From assembly GCF_000143415.4 (NCBI RefSeq), contig NW_003314455.1, forward strand, positions 13,677 through 77,676: a stretch of DNA of 64,000 nucleotides, read 5' to 3'. Source of the stretch: Selaginella moellendorffii (Eukaryota > Plantae > Lycopodiophyta). Under the pieces are notes generated by a model, which searched no databases, was not told the DNA's origin, and saw only the letters and a program-made list of their open reading frames with translations. Shown piece after piece: positions 1-13,319 of the stretch. The translations under genes and the position numbers were made by a program. Position 1 is the first letter of the stretch. Each line of letters starts with the position of its first letter.

Positions 1-779
1 TTATGCTGTGCAATGGGATAGTTATTGCATCTCCTAGCCCTTGAGCCCTGGGAAGAAAGATTGTGAGAGTTAAAATTACCAACACTAGAACCCATAGACA
101 TTTGTGGGTGTATTTCCCTTTTTTCGAATGAGAGTGTGAATGAAGATCTATAAATTCTAGACAATATGCTACGACAAACCCCTCAAGAATGTATTCTACA
201 AAGAACCAAGTCTTTCTTTTATATGCAATAAGCTTACATCAATGGTTATTTTTTTTCCTTTCAAACGGTTATATGGCTTCACATAGAATCTTATTTCAAA
301 TTTAATAATTTTTTAATTCTGACAAACCTAACATTTACTAGCCAGAAAGCATGGAGTACAAATTTAAAGAAGTGACAAGAATACTCTTTTTGCAAACATT
401 TTATTTTATGTTCTAACAAATGTCCCTATCATTGCATGTAGTAAATATTTAAATTATTAGAACAAAAAGTGTTCTTTAGAACATTTTTGTCTATATAATA
501 TATAGAGAGTTATTAAATTATTAGGTTCGCCATAACCTTAAAATTTTAAAATTTATAATGTTTGTACTAAATTACAATTGAAAATTGAGCTCAACTCGTG
601 AGCTCAACTCTTCAACTCGTGAGCTCAAGTATGGTCCACGCCCGTGCTTTCAAGTAATCCCACCATGTCAAGAGCAAAAACTTGTAAAAACATGTGGCAT
701 TACTCATGAAGTGCTGAAAGCAATCTTATATGAAGGTGAAGGTGGAATGTTGGTAGAATTTGGGGATGGAAGTGGAGAT

Positions 780-1300
780 TGATATGAAATGCTGGGGGCC
801 AAGTATGAGTAGCAGTGACTTTCCTTCGAGCCATTTCAATACAAACTTCCAAGGAGCTTAAGGAGAATAAAAAAACTATGATGACTATAACTTTTCTAGA
901 TAGTATATATTAAATTTTAGTCTTGGGAATGAGGTTTATTTATTATGATACTAACAATACTCAGATTCTTTAAATGTCAATCTTGGAAATAGAGCTTTAT
1001 AATCATAGCTTGCTTGTAGACATAAGAGCTTCTAGAATTTTAAATTATCATATATACACATGCTTTATCATTATGATGAAATCCTACTTTGCTACACATA
1101 TATTCTTTTCTACATATGCTAAACATTTAGGGAAATAGACTACAAGGAAATATAGACTATATTATAGTGGTAGAGCATATTGGCATGCTACCATTCTCTT
1201 ATGTGACATTGCCTTTCAGTTTTGGAAAAGTAGATAAAGTTGATTCTTTGATGTGATATTACTTTTGAGTCTTTCGAAAGATTTCAATTTCTTTTATTAT
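780..1300 (+). mobile_element. Highly decayed Ty3/gypsy integrase C-terminus / chromodomain remnant
   Basis: Fragments read FSLGNEVYLL (cf. FxxGDxVxL) and IHTCFIIMMKSY-like (cf. IHPVFHVSLLKPY); many stops and frameshifts; AT-rich. Confidence 0.4.
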
Positions 1301-2299
1301 TATTCACAAACAACTCCCAAAAACTTTTAATGAGGACTCACTTCAAAAATATACTTTGGTCTTATCATATGAGAGGATTGCGATATAGGCAGGCAATAGA
1401 GTTTTTTATATGAATTAATATGTAAATTACAAATGTCATAGAAAGTTTTATAGAGTAGAGTTTTTGGTGTTTTCCACCATAATATTCATTTTTTCATTTC
1501 TCTTTTTTTGGATTGTTATTTCAGAAGTAATAAGAGCATTTTTATCAATTGTGATAGTGGTCTCCATATTCCCAAATGGGTAGGTAATAAGGACCAAGAG
1601 TGTAATATGGAGATTATGGTAGTGAAACAAAATTAACATTCTCACATTCTTTTGCATTACAACTCTTATTTATAAATTTTGTATTTTTCTTGCTTCCCAT
1701 CTTCTCAAAAACCCTAAAAAATCTTTTGAATAAAGGAATAGTATCTACAGTTGTAAAAGTATTCAAAATATTAAATAGTCAAATCAAAATATGACAGCTG
1801 TAACAATAGTCATAATAAAATAATATAGCTTTACAAAAGATAGGTTTTTATGAACTTTATCTTTTTTAAACAATTCAATCTTATAAAAACTTTTAACTCA
1901 GATATTTACATATTTAAATACTTTAAAGTTTGCTAGAACCTTCATTTGTTCAATTTAGACTTCCTTTGTAAGACTTTTAGTTGACCGTGTTGACTTGAGT
2001 TGACTTGTGTTGAATTGAGCTCAACTCCAACTTTCAACCATCCCCACATGATAGCAAACGTGTTTGGCAAATACAGTAAATTATCATTTTGCGATATTGA
2101 AAGATTAATCTCAATACGAAAGGGTTCTTGTCAAACTAGTGCAAGATAGAACAAGAGAGAATTTAGAGCCAAGCCAAGTATGCTCAACAAGAAACTTATA
2201 GGAGTTTCTATCTTATGTTCATTTGGCTAAGTATAGATGAGAAACCCAATTTACTAACACTTGATCAAAAGGGGCTGAAGGTAATTACCAATAACAACC

Positions 2300-5200
2300 T
2301 CTTGCCATTGTGGCAGTAAAGATTAGCCAACAAGTAACATTTAATATTTATACTCACCATTCACAACAATACATTTATTTTTCTTTAAGCCCAAGATCTC
2401 AACTATAAAATCATCATTGGAAAGGATATGGTCTGAATACAAAACACCACTTGATCAACAGAAAATATTTAACAAAACATTTTCATCCAACAAATAAATA
2501 ATAATATACTCTTGTCATCACAGGAAAGATTTTATTAAATTATAAACTACAAAAATAAGAAGAAAATTATACAATTAACTCCTTTAACTATCATTTTAAT
2601 GCATTTTGTCAAATGAGATCTAACCTACCTCACATTCTAATAGTTTATCCTTGATTTTGATGTTTTATATACACTATAAGAAGCAAGAATTACCTATACT
2701 AAGTACTATAAATTCATCATTTGAATCAATTTCAAATACCAATATTTTTTATCAATATCATCACCACTTAATAGGGATTAATCAATATAGCATTTCTCCA
2801 ACTGTACAAAAACATTGTGTTGCTAAAGGTGTTAGAAAGTAAGACAAAGATAATAGTTATACTCTTTTTGAGTCTCAAAGAAGATAAAAATATTATCTAA
2901 ATGAATGACAATAACAAAATCAAGAAAATCAATATGTTGAAAAATAACAAGAGTGTTGGTTAAACTAAAAAGTATCATTATATACTTTAAATAGTCATAA
3001 CAAGTACAAAAATTATTTTCTACTCATCACCCTCCTAAAAGTGGATAAGGTTACAAAAAGCAATAAATGAAGTTTACTATTTGCTCTCTTTTGCAATAAA
3101 AGAAAAATCTATAACATCTTCCTTAAAAAAATGATTTTATGTTAATGAAAGTTAGAGTGAATGTAAATACAAACTTAAAATATCAAAAGAAGTTTAATCA
3201 GTAGGAAACCATACAAAATTAATATTTTTTATATGAGTTACATTAGAAGGAGAGTGATTTTGGAGAAGTCCCAAATCAAGTGTCAATAAAAGTTCACAAA
3301 ACCAAAAGAGTTTTAAATATCATGAATAAAAGTTGAGTGTTGTCACTTAAGAATGGTAGAAACCTTGGTAGGATGTTGCATGAGGAAACAATATAGCCAA
3401 AAAACTTTATTGAATTATAATCAAAATAACATTTCTTTAACTTTGTAAAAATGCTATATTATTGAAGGTGCTAGAGAACAAAATGAACATGATGGTTATA
3501 CTTTTCTTAGAAGGTAAAAATGTTATCAAGATAAATGATAATAAAAATATCAAGAAAATCACAAAAGATATTACTTGCCATATATTAAAAAATAATAATG
3601 GTATTGGTTAAACCAAAAAACATCACAAGTTCAAGTTTTCTAAGGTTTAGCTATTTACTTTCTCAATCTTTGCTTTGATGAATATAAAAGAGTCAAGAAC
3701 CTAACAGCTTACTTGTGGTTGCATTGGGAAGAGATAAGAGGGATCACTTAGGATAGCACTCCATTATGATGAGTGGAATCAAAGGAGTGAGTAGTTAGAT
3801 GATTTTAAATCACAACAAAATTGTAGCTTCCAAGCATGACATGAGTAGAGAAATTATCTTAGTTAGCTAAGATTTAGTTGTTATTAAGAAACTTGTGGCA
3901 CTATCTACTGTATGATGTTGCTCTTTTATAAGGCCACAATATGGTTTAAAATCTTAACCATTAACTACTTTCCGGATTAAATTATAGAGAATGCAACATC
4001 CTACTAATCACAAGATCCTCATTATTGGCTAAAGGGATCACACCACATGTTGAGATTAACATCTGATAGTTCCAATTTACATTTAGCTGGGCTCGACTTG
4101 AGGGGTAAGATATTAAGAGATTGTTATTCTTGAAAGAGTTGTAGCTCTCAACTTTCATTCATAAGAGTGTGAACTTGTAAGAAAGTGTAATGGATTATAA
4201 GCAACCAAAAAGAATGATTTGAAAAACGATATATAGAAGTTCAAATATAAAGAGAAAGAGTACATGAATAAAAATTCTTTTCTAATTGGTTAAGAGTTTT
4301 AAAATACTTAAAGTTAAATGTCTTTTAGGTTTAAATAATACTAAACTAGGTGACCTCTTGGTCTGAATCCAAATTCAAGAGCTTATATAGGGCTCAAGAA
4401 CTACAATTACCCATCGTGCATAGTTATAGAGGAGAAAAATTTACTTCTTTTAATCGGTTAAAGGTTTTGGGATACTTAAAGCTAAATATCATTAATTTGA
4501 ATAGTACTGAACCAGATGACCTCCTGATCTGAATCCAAATTTAAAAGCTTATATAGGGCTCAAGAGTTACAATTACCTATCATGCACAGCTATAGAGGAG
4601 AAAAATCCACTTCTCTCAATCTAACTTAAGTAATGACTTCTTTATTCATGTTTTACACTCTCTTTCTTTTAAGCTAAGCAATTTTGTAATAGTAAGTTGC
4701 AAACAAGATGAAGTTATATATCAAAATATATTTCTTTATCTTAATTGTTGCTCTTAAACCTTTTCTAATTGGTTTGTAGTCATATAAATATTACAAGTAG
4801 TGACTTGTTATACAAATTAAATCTTAAGTTCTTAAACTCTTGGATAAAAATATCTTAAACTTCTCAAATATTGGTAGTATGTATGATTGGAGTGGTAACA
4901 CCATGCAATAGAATGGCTATCAAGGATGTGATGTTAAAGTATACTATCCATGATCTTTAGTGCTTTTTTCTTACACCAAGCACTATTGCTTTAATTGTTA
5001 GATTTTGAATGGATGGATTACATCTAAAGGCTATCTGATGTGAGAGAATTTATTCTTGTGCTTGGTTTAGAAAGTTTGAAGATTGTGGAATGACATATAG
5101 TTGTGATGGGAGGAGCAATTGTCAAATGAACTTCCAGCTCATAAATACTTAATTACCTTGCTCAATATTATGCTAGTTAAATAGTGATTATCATCACTAT

Positions 5201-7400
5201 CTTGTTTCAGAGAGCAAATACAAATGTCACACAACCATCTCAATTAGAATGTTGAAAACAACTAATTATATCAAACCATTTCCTATAACCAAATATATCA
5301 AAATATAAAAGGCCTCAACTATAAAATCATCATTAGAGAGGATATGGTTTGAATAAGAAATACCATCTGATAAAAAAATGTTTAATAAAAAAACTTTTAT
5401 CCAACAAATCAATCATGCTTTACTCCTTATTAACAATTCATCATAGGAAAAAATTTATTAAAATAAACACCTTCAAATTACAAAAATAAGAAGAAAATTT
5501 ATACAATTAACTCCTTTAAATTTCATACTTTGCTTTAGGTGCTATCTTATCATAATAGAGAGCAAAAAAAGCTTTAGTAAATTATTTTTTAAAACCTCAT
5601 TTGCAAATAGTGAGCTTTATTAGATTGTTATTCAAACCCTTATCCACATTTGGGAGGGTGATGAATAGAAAATAACCTTTCGTACTTGTTATAGTTATTT
5701 TGAGTGCACAGTGATGCATTTTCGTTTAACTAACACTTTATTGTTATTTACATATAATAAATAATATATTTTATGAGTTTTTTAATCCCTTTATTATCAA
5801 TTTTTTTTATAACATTATTATCTTCTCTGAGACTTAAGAAGAACATAACTATCATGTTTATATTTTTCTTTAGTATCTTCAATAATGTAATTTTTTTATA
5901 AACTTGGAAAAATGTTATTTTGATTAAAATTCAATAGAGTTTTCTGGGTATATTATTTCCTTATGCAAAATTATTATAAATAATGCTAACTTTTTTACTA
6001 TTCATAAGTGGCAATAAAAAATTTTTATACTTGATTTTCAATATTTTCTTAATTTTATAAACTTTTATAAACACTTCATTTAGGACTTCTTCAAAATAAC
6101 TCTGCTTTTCACATGACTCACTAGAAAAAAATACAACTTTTATTTAGTTTTATTTACTTCTACTGTAATTCTTATCCATCTGTATAATATAGAGCCATAT
6201 TTTGTTAAAATAGATGTTTCAAATTTTCATTTATGTGCTATTTTGTTGTAAGAGAAACCAAATAGTGAGTTTAACTTAATTTATTTTTATAATCTCACAT
6301 ACATTTGAGAGAAACAAGTTTTTATACTTGTTATGGCCATTTTGAGTATATAGTCATGTTTTTTGGTTTAACTAACACTTCTGTTGTTTCTCAATATATG
6401 GTAAATAACACTTTTTATATTTTTTTTGATCTTTTTATTATTATTTATTTTCATAATATTCTTATTTTCTTTAAAACTTTAAATTTCTTAAACAAAAACA
6501 GTTTTATATTGTTTAGGTAGATTAGGACTAAAATGGAAGTACATATAAACTTTAAAAAATCAAAAAAAAAAATTGGCAATAGAAAACCATACAAAAGTAA
6601 CATCTTTTATAATGGAATTATGTTAGAAGGAGAATAATTTTTGAGAAGTCTTAAATAAAATGCCAATAAAAGTTTACAAAGCCAAAGAATTATTAAGCAT
6701 CACAAATAGAAATTGAGTGTTGCCATTCAAGAATGGTGAAAACCTTAGCAAAATGTTATATAAGGAAATAATAAAGCTCAAAAACTCTATTAAATTTTAA
6801 TTAAAATAACATTTCTCTAACTTTTTAGAAAATGCCATATTTTTTAAAGTGCTAGAGAACAAATTAAACATGATGGTTATGCTCTTCCTAAGTTTAAGAG
6901 AAGATAAGAATGTCATCAAGATAGATAATAATAAAAAGATAAAGAAAATCAAGAAAAATATCATTTGCCATATATCAAAAAATAATAAAGGAACTGGCCA
7001 AATCTAAAAGTATTAGCATATATTTAAAGTGGTTATAACAAGTGTAAAAGGGTATTTTGCATTTATAACCTCCCAAATAAAAATGAGGTTGTAAGCACCA
7101 CACAGATCAATTTTCATGAAAAACTAGGCCTTGAAGAGCTGCTTCAACATCTAAAGGATAATCAAAGTCATAAAATAGTGACTTGTAATAGTCCACAACC
7201 AAATGAAAAGCCCCATCCTTCATTTATGTTTTGACATATTTGGTTATAGCAAATGATTTGATATAATTACTTGGTTGTATGACATTTATATTTACCCTCA
7301 CAAATATAGTTCTCCCTAGGTGAAAACCTAGGCTCTACAAAATCTGCTTGCTAGTTAAATAGTGATCTTATGCTTAAATAGCATAACTGAGGTTATCACC
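2300..7400. mobile_element. Scrambled nest of degenerate Ty3/gypsy RT/RNase H fragments in both orientations
   Basis: ORF 6305-6520 TSFYTCYGHFEYIVMFFGLTNT resembles gypsy RT [24 protein letters not shown]; ~3240-3620 recurs at ~6620-7010 (direct) and ~5700-6120 (inverted); ~2400-2590 recurs at ~5310-5520. Confidence 0.8.
4349..4620 (+). repeat. Imperfect ~105-bp direct repeat pair
   Basis: tgacctc..tctgaatccaaatt..agcttatatagggctcaaga..tacaattacc..tatagaggagaaaaat occurs at ~4350 and ~4517. Confidence 0.85.
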
Positions 7401-7789
7401 TCTTTCTATGACACTTTAATGACTTTCATAAATATAGTGTATAGCAAGCTGATTTCTAATATTGAGCAGGTTAATCAATTGTTTATGGGCTGCAAAGTTC
7501 ATTTGGCAATTGTTCCTCTCTATTGTAGCAATGAGTCATTCCATAGTCTTCAAACTTTCTAAACTAAACACAAAAAGAAATTATAACCTTTAAATTTAAA
7601 ATATCCATTCAAAATCTAATAATAATGTATATAACAAGTAATTGTTTGTAGACAACAAATCAATTTGAAAAGCAACAGTTACATAAATATATTCTTATAT
7701 AACTTCATTAACGTATTGTTACAAAACTGCCCAGCTTAAGAGAGAGAGCGTATAACACAAACAAAGAGGTTCACTTCTCAAGGCAGCTT

Positions 7790-8400
7790 GAGAGAAGTAG
7801 ATTTTTCTCCTCTATAACTGTGCATATGAACAATTATAACTCTTGAGCCCTGTTGTGGTACCATAGTACTTATGTTAAGGTGAATGCCAGTAAGGCCACA
7901 ACCTTGCTTACATTCACCTTGACACAGCTACTGTGGTACTACTTCTAGCACGACTTTGCAAGTGATCTGGCCTTGCTTGCATTATTTTGGCATAGCTACC
8001 ATGGTACCATTTCTAGCATGAGCTGCAAGCAATCCAAAACTGGGACGTGTTGTCAACAACGCAACACATCTTAGTCTTGGATCACTTGCAACTTGCGCAA
8101 ATCATGAGGATCAACACAAATCTCACAAAATGCCTCCTTATCCTCCTCAGAGTTCTCTTCCACCTCTTCTTCCTCTTCTTCATCCTCTTTCTTTCACCAC
8201 CTGTTGCCTCTTCCTCATCCTCTTTCTTTCACCACCTGTTGTTGTTGCTGCTGCTGCGAGCAACTTACATGCTGAAGATCTTCATGAATCTTTGGAATTT
8301 CGAGCAAAAGAAAGAAAACCTTTTTTTCTCTTAGTTTTGCTGCTAAAAAAACCAAAAATCTGCTTAAAGCCAAAAACTTCAGCCTTGAGAAGACCTGGAT
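7790..8400 (-). pseudogene. Rearranged partial duplicate of the Alfin-like gene 3' end (PHD exon region and adjacent intron)
   Basis: Near-identical blocks to 10760-11130, e.g. atccaaaactgggacgtgttgt and cctcctcagagttctcttccacctcttctt; internally duplicated and inverted, with many transitions. Confidence 0.85.
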
Positions 8401-8744
8401 AGCTAAATCTCAGCTAGCTAGGGCAAATTTCTCTACTCATGTCATAAGTGTGGTGCTTGGAAACTATAGTTTTGTTGCGATCCAAGATCATCCAACTGCT
8501 GACTACCTGGATTCCCATCATAATAGAGCATTGATTCCCATCACAATAGAGTGTTGTCCCCAGAGATCCCTCTATCTCTTCCCTTCCCAGCAACAGCCAC
8601 AAGTAAGCTGCTCACTTCTCAAATTCTTCATATACATTGAAGCACTGATTGAACACCCAGACCATAGGAGACTGGATTGTAGAGGTCGATTGATTTTTTT
8701 GACTAATCCAGGGGTTTGCGCCGCACTTAGGGGTTTTGTTAGCG

Positions 8745-10451
8745 ATGTCGAGCGCGGGCGCGACAGTGAAGGCACCAGATGGTCGCGTGATCCTGCATGC
8801 AGATGCCTATCCGGGCGCGGTGGTGGCTCATGTTTTGAGGACCCTGGAGCTGGATGGTTGGAAGGGCTATCTCATTTCTGATTCAGGGACACGATTGCTT
8901 CTCGATACACCAGTTGCGGATGGATTTACGTGCACTTTCATCCAGGTGAGTGCACTTTTGCGTGTTTTACTACCGCATCTGTGTTAATGCCTTTGTTTGC
9001 AGACGGAGCCTGCGGACAACGAGTGGATCAGGCGCCATAAGAAGCTGCGTTCTGCACCTGAAGTGGCAAAGTCCCTTTCGGAAATGCGCCAGCATCTGGG
9101 AACAGATGATCCAATTTACAACCTTGGGCGGACCTCTGCAGTCACCACACCTCTCGTGCTGGTGAGCAAGGCATTCGGCTGCTACGCCAGGCTTTTCAGG
9201 TGCCATGCTCTAAGTACAAGGGACTGGGAGTTCGTGAAGGATATGATGGACGGGATGAGTGCTTATTATGACGACGAACGAGCTCGGCAGCACGCGTTTA
9301 CTCTGTTACTGGAGAATTACGTCAACTTCAGCTGTCCTGGTATGTGCTTTCGATTCAAGGAAGCTCGTCCGGGCGAGTCCGAACCAGATATTTTGGTGGA
9401 GGCATATGTTGCGGAAGAATGGTTGCTGATAGCGATTGTTGAGGTTAAGCCAGAGAGTGGCTTCAATGGAGATCCTAGCGTCGAATTGGCCAAGTACTAT
9501 GCAGATGCTACGGTTGAGAAGAGACGTATGCGGCACTGGAGTTTTGAGCGGTCTTGCTGCCCGGTTCTAGCATTGGAACTTGTTGGTCCGCTTCTGAGAG
9601 TTGGCGGTCTTGCTCATTTCACGGACAAGCCGGCTCACGAGCCGTTTACACCGTTCCTACACATGCTCAAGTACCTCCAAGATGAAGACCACCTTCAACT
9701 CCTTTCCAGAGCCTTAGCTGCCATTCCAGCGACAATCAGCTCTTTAGTGCAGTCCTACGTGACTCTCAGCGGCTTGCAGGTGCAACAGGGGCCGCAGAGG
9801 GACCCGTCCATCGACTTCCCGTACTTCATCACAGATGCACGGGCTCCGGTGGTCACTCGGTTTGTACGCGAGAGTAGCTCGCTGCAAATGAGGGAGCAGC
9901 AGCTTGTGTTCTATACGCGGAATGCTGCTGGTGAACGAAAGATCGTCAAGTTCTGCCAGAGATATGGCTTGCAGGTGCACCAGCAATGGGCCGAGGATGG
10001 CTATGCTCCCCGTTTCCAGCACCAGGGTCTTGATGGAGGCTGGCTGGTGATTTCCATGGACTACTATGCTGCAGAGGATGGGTGGCGGCCAGTGACAGAG
10101 CTCGACCCGCGAGAGATGGTTGTTGGTCATGGAAATGCTGTGGAGGAGGCTAACAAATACAGGTTGGCGCCTTCGGACTGGGAAGAGTGCAAGATGGCAG
10201 TGAAGAATGCGTATCAGGTATTGCATTCTCGTTACCCGCTCTGGGTTCACGGTGATCTAAGGAGGCAAAACATCTTCTACAATGTCAAGACTTCCCAGGT
10301 GGCCTTTATTGATTTCGATTGGGCTGGCATCCATGGCAAAGAACGATATCCACTCTGGATAAATCCGCTACTACAGTGGCCCCCTGGAGTCAAAGGGGGT
10401 GGGATCATCCTTGCTGAGCATGATCAACAGCTCCTTGATATTGAGCTTTGA
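8745..10451 (+). CDS. Crinkler/CR-effector-like protein: Ubl-like header + PD-(D/E)xK REase-like domain + atypical kinase (~549 aa; exons 8745-8945 and 9003-10451)
   Basis: Phase-0 GT-AG intron joins ORFs 8736 and 8997; motifs EPDILV..IVEVKPESG..GDPSVELAKYY, IVKFCQRYG..H..A..GYAP, HGDLRRQNI, IDFDWAG..RYP. Confidence 0.8.
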
Positions 10452-10743
10452 TTGAGTTGTTCTGTTTTTTTCATGATGGCATTAGGATTCACAAAGTGTT
10501 TCTTCTATTGCAAAAAAAGAATTACGACTGCCATAGGGATTTTTTGATAAATTAGGATATTATTTCCTTCTATCTTTTACCTTGGGGAAAACTGAGAAGC
10601 TGTTACAAAACTGGCTGGACAAAGCCCAGGAAAAGAGAAAGAAAAAAGAGAGAGTGTACATACAAGAACAAAGAGGAGAAAGAGAGCACTCACTCACCAT
10701 CCAAGAGTTGGAGATTTTTCTCCTCCACGGCTCAATGGATCAA

Positions 10744-11730
10744 TCAGTGGCGAGCTCTTTTCTTGGCACAGGATGGGCAATTGTAGCTCTTGATCCCGGC
10801 AGCCTTGCTTGCATTCACCTTTACGCAGCTACCGTGGTACCACTTCCGGCACGAGTCGCAAGCGATCCAAAACTGGGACGTGTTGTGAGGATCAGCACAA
10901 ATCCCACAAAACGCCTCCTCTTCCTCCTCCTCAGAGTTCTCTTCCACCTCTTCTTCGTCTTGCTCCTCCTCTTCCTCGTCCTCGTCCTCCTCTTTCTTTC
11001 TCCGCCTGTTGCTGTTGTTGCTGCTGCCGCGAGCAGCCTGGACAAAAAGAACTCATGCTTAAGATCTTCACCAAACTTTGGAACTTCGAGCGAAAGAAAG
11101 CAAACCTTTTTGCTCTTGGGTTTGCTGCTGGATTTATTCGCGGGCTTGGCGAGGACCTCGTGAATAGTGGGGAGATTGTTTATCATTCCGAAAAGCCGCT
11201 GCCTACATGGGATGGAGTTGAGTGAGCAACGCAAAATCAATCCAAGAAATGCGCAAGGAAACATGAAAGAAAGAACAAGCTTGCATACCTGTCGGCTTTG
11301 TGCAACCGCGCAGCGTGATAGAACGCGACCGAGTAGAGCCACGAGTCGCTGTGTACCGCAACCAAAATCAGCCAGTCCGTTCTCTTCATTCCATCCTTCG
11401 CGAAATTAATTCCCAGCGAAGGCTCCGGGAGCTCAGGCGGGACTTCTTCCACTGGCAGGGTCACTTTCCATTCTCCATCGGGCAGGCCATACAGGCACAG
11501 GTCCTTGACTGAAACAAACAAGAATTTCTTCGCGAAATCAAATCGGCCGAAACACAAACCTGGATCGCATTCGTCGCAAAAGATCGAGACATCTACGCGA
11601 GAAAAAATTCAAGACCGGGATGAGAGAATGGATCGATCGAAATCCTACCCGTTGTGAGCGCCTTGACGATCCCCTCGCGCCTGCCCCGGAAATCCTCGAA
11701 GATCGCCTCCACAGTCGCGGGCGACTCCAT
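10744..11730 (-). CDS. Alfin-like PHD finger protein (PAL/DUF3594 + PHD), multi-exon
   Basis: [65 protein letters not shown]-terminal [28 protein letters not shown]. Confidence 0.95.
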
Positions 11731-11859
11731 CGTCACAAAAAACCCTAGCTACACCCAATCGCCCATGGGAATCGAACCATGCATCGGCTGGGCTCAATCC
11801 AAGCCCTTGGATCTGCACTGGTAGCATCCAACGGTTGGGAAGCATTTTGCCCTTTAGGC

Positions 11860-13319
11860 ATGGCGGAGAAAGAACGCGACGAGCTGCGGTGGTGCTCCCT
11901 TGGCGCCGCTATCGCCCGGTAAGATCTCTAGGTCGGCGCTCCTGGCTGGATGATTTTCTAGGTCTAGGAGCTCTCCGCGGCGGCGTGGCGGCGGAGGCGG
12001 CGGCGATCTATGGGGGACCGCCAGATCGAAGTTGTCGGCGTTCGCGTCGACGATGGGCGGAAGATCCTCCTCGTCAAGCCGACCGTCGTCCCGCCCGAGA
12101 TTGTGAGCGATCAGGTGGACAATTTCCTGCTGGAAGCGCTTCAAAACCCTCGCGATCGTCTCACAGGTACCAAATTCTCTAGCCTTCTTTCCGGAGCTTA
12201 TAATCTCTATGCAGTTCTTCGATTGGAGCAGGAGATACAGAAGTTTGCCAAGAATGCCGAGGTCCAGCAGCTAGAATTCCAGCCGATGGGGTCTCCTTTC
12301 TGCCAGCTCGCGACACAGCGCGTTGCTCAGCACTATGGCTTGAAGACCAGCGTGGTGGAAAGCTCTGGTGGCGCTAGGATTCACGTCACGAAGAGCCTGG
12401 ACGGAGAGAATCGCCAAAGTGGCATTCGCTTGGCTGATATTCCTCCGAGGGTGGCTCAAGCTCTACAGCCCAGAGTAGCGATCAAGCAAAGGGGTGCTCC
12501 GGCTGGTTACAGGGACAAGAGGAACTCCAAGGTGGATTCCGGCAAGAGTGTGGAGGAAAGGAAGGAGGAATACAACAGGGCGAGAGCGAGGATTTTTCAG
12601 GAGGATTCTAGCGACGACGATAGCGTCAAAGATTGCTGCCACATCGAGGTGGTGAGGGTGGAGAACAAGGATGAAGCTGCGAAAGCCAACAAAGAGACGC
12701 GTGCCGAGACGACAGTGCCGAGGATCTGTACGAAAGACGACAAGGAGAACGTAAGGCGGATCTTCAAAGAAGAGAATGCGATCAAGCCAAAGCCGAGCAC
12801 TCCAAACAGGGTGGCGATCATCCGAGACCGTGAGAAGGATCGAAAGGACCCCGACTATGATCGAAGCTACGACAGGTAAGATTTCTTCACATCTTTTGGG
12901 ATTAGCTCATGATCTTGGTTTGTAGCAGGTATCTCCAGCGTTATGATCGTGGCTTTGGTGGTCTCATGGCTCATCCGGTCTCTCCGGCTTATAACACGCA
13001 ATTCGACGCTTGCATCCAGCAGCCAGCTCAATCGCTGTGTTCTTCGTGGGTGTCGCCAACTTACAATCCAGCAGCGTGTTCGTCCTCTGGATCTCCGATC
13101 CAGATGGGAGGAACTCGAGGTTCTTTCGTCATGGACAGCACAAGCTACTCGAGCTACGCTCCATATCAATCCCAGGATCCCAGGTTCTTTCACGATGGAT
13201 TTTTCTCCTCATCCTCGTTCCAAGCGTTTAACACTCTGGAGGCTCCACAGCAGCACTACCAAATGGCCGTGCTTCCAAGCTACAACATGGTCAACTTGCA
13301 CAGTCGGCAGCACTACTAA
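11860..13319 (+). CDS. R3H + SUZ domain RNA-binding protein
   Basis: VDNFLLEALQNPRDRLT, QRVAQHYGL, KSVEERKEEYNRARARIF, RVAIIRDREKDRKDPDYDRSY. Confidence 0.85.

Noticed and set aside
1000-1230. ACRH / CDIAFQF fragments suggesting a KDZ transposase
   Set aside because: Surrounding fragments fit gypsy integrase C-terminus better; too decayed to support KDZ
580-2040. GAGCTCAACTC / GTTGAC motif clusters at ~585-630 and ~1980-2035 as DNA-transposon ends
   Set aside because: Suggestive subterminal repeats, but no definable TIR or TSD
10582-11342. Overlapping 138-193 aa ORFs near the Alfin gene
   Set aside because: Explained by the spliced Alfin-like gene on the minus strand
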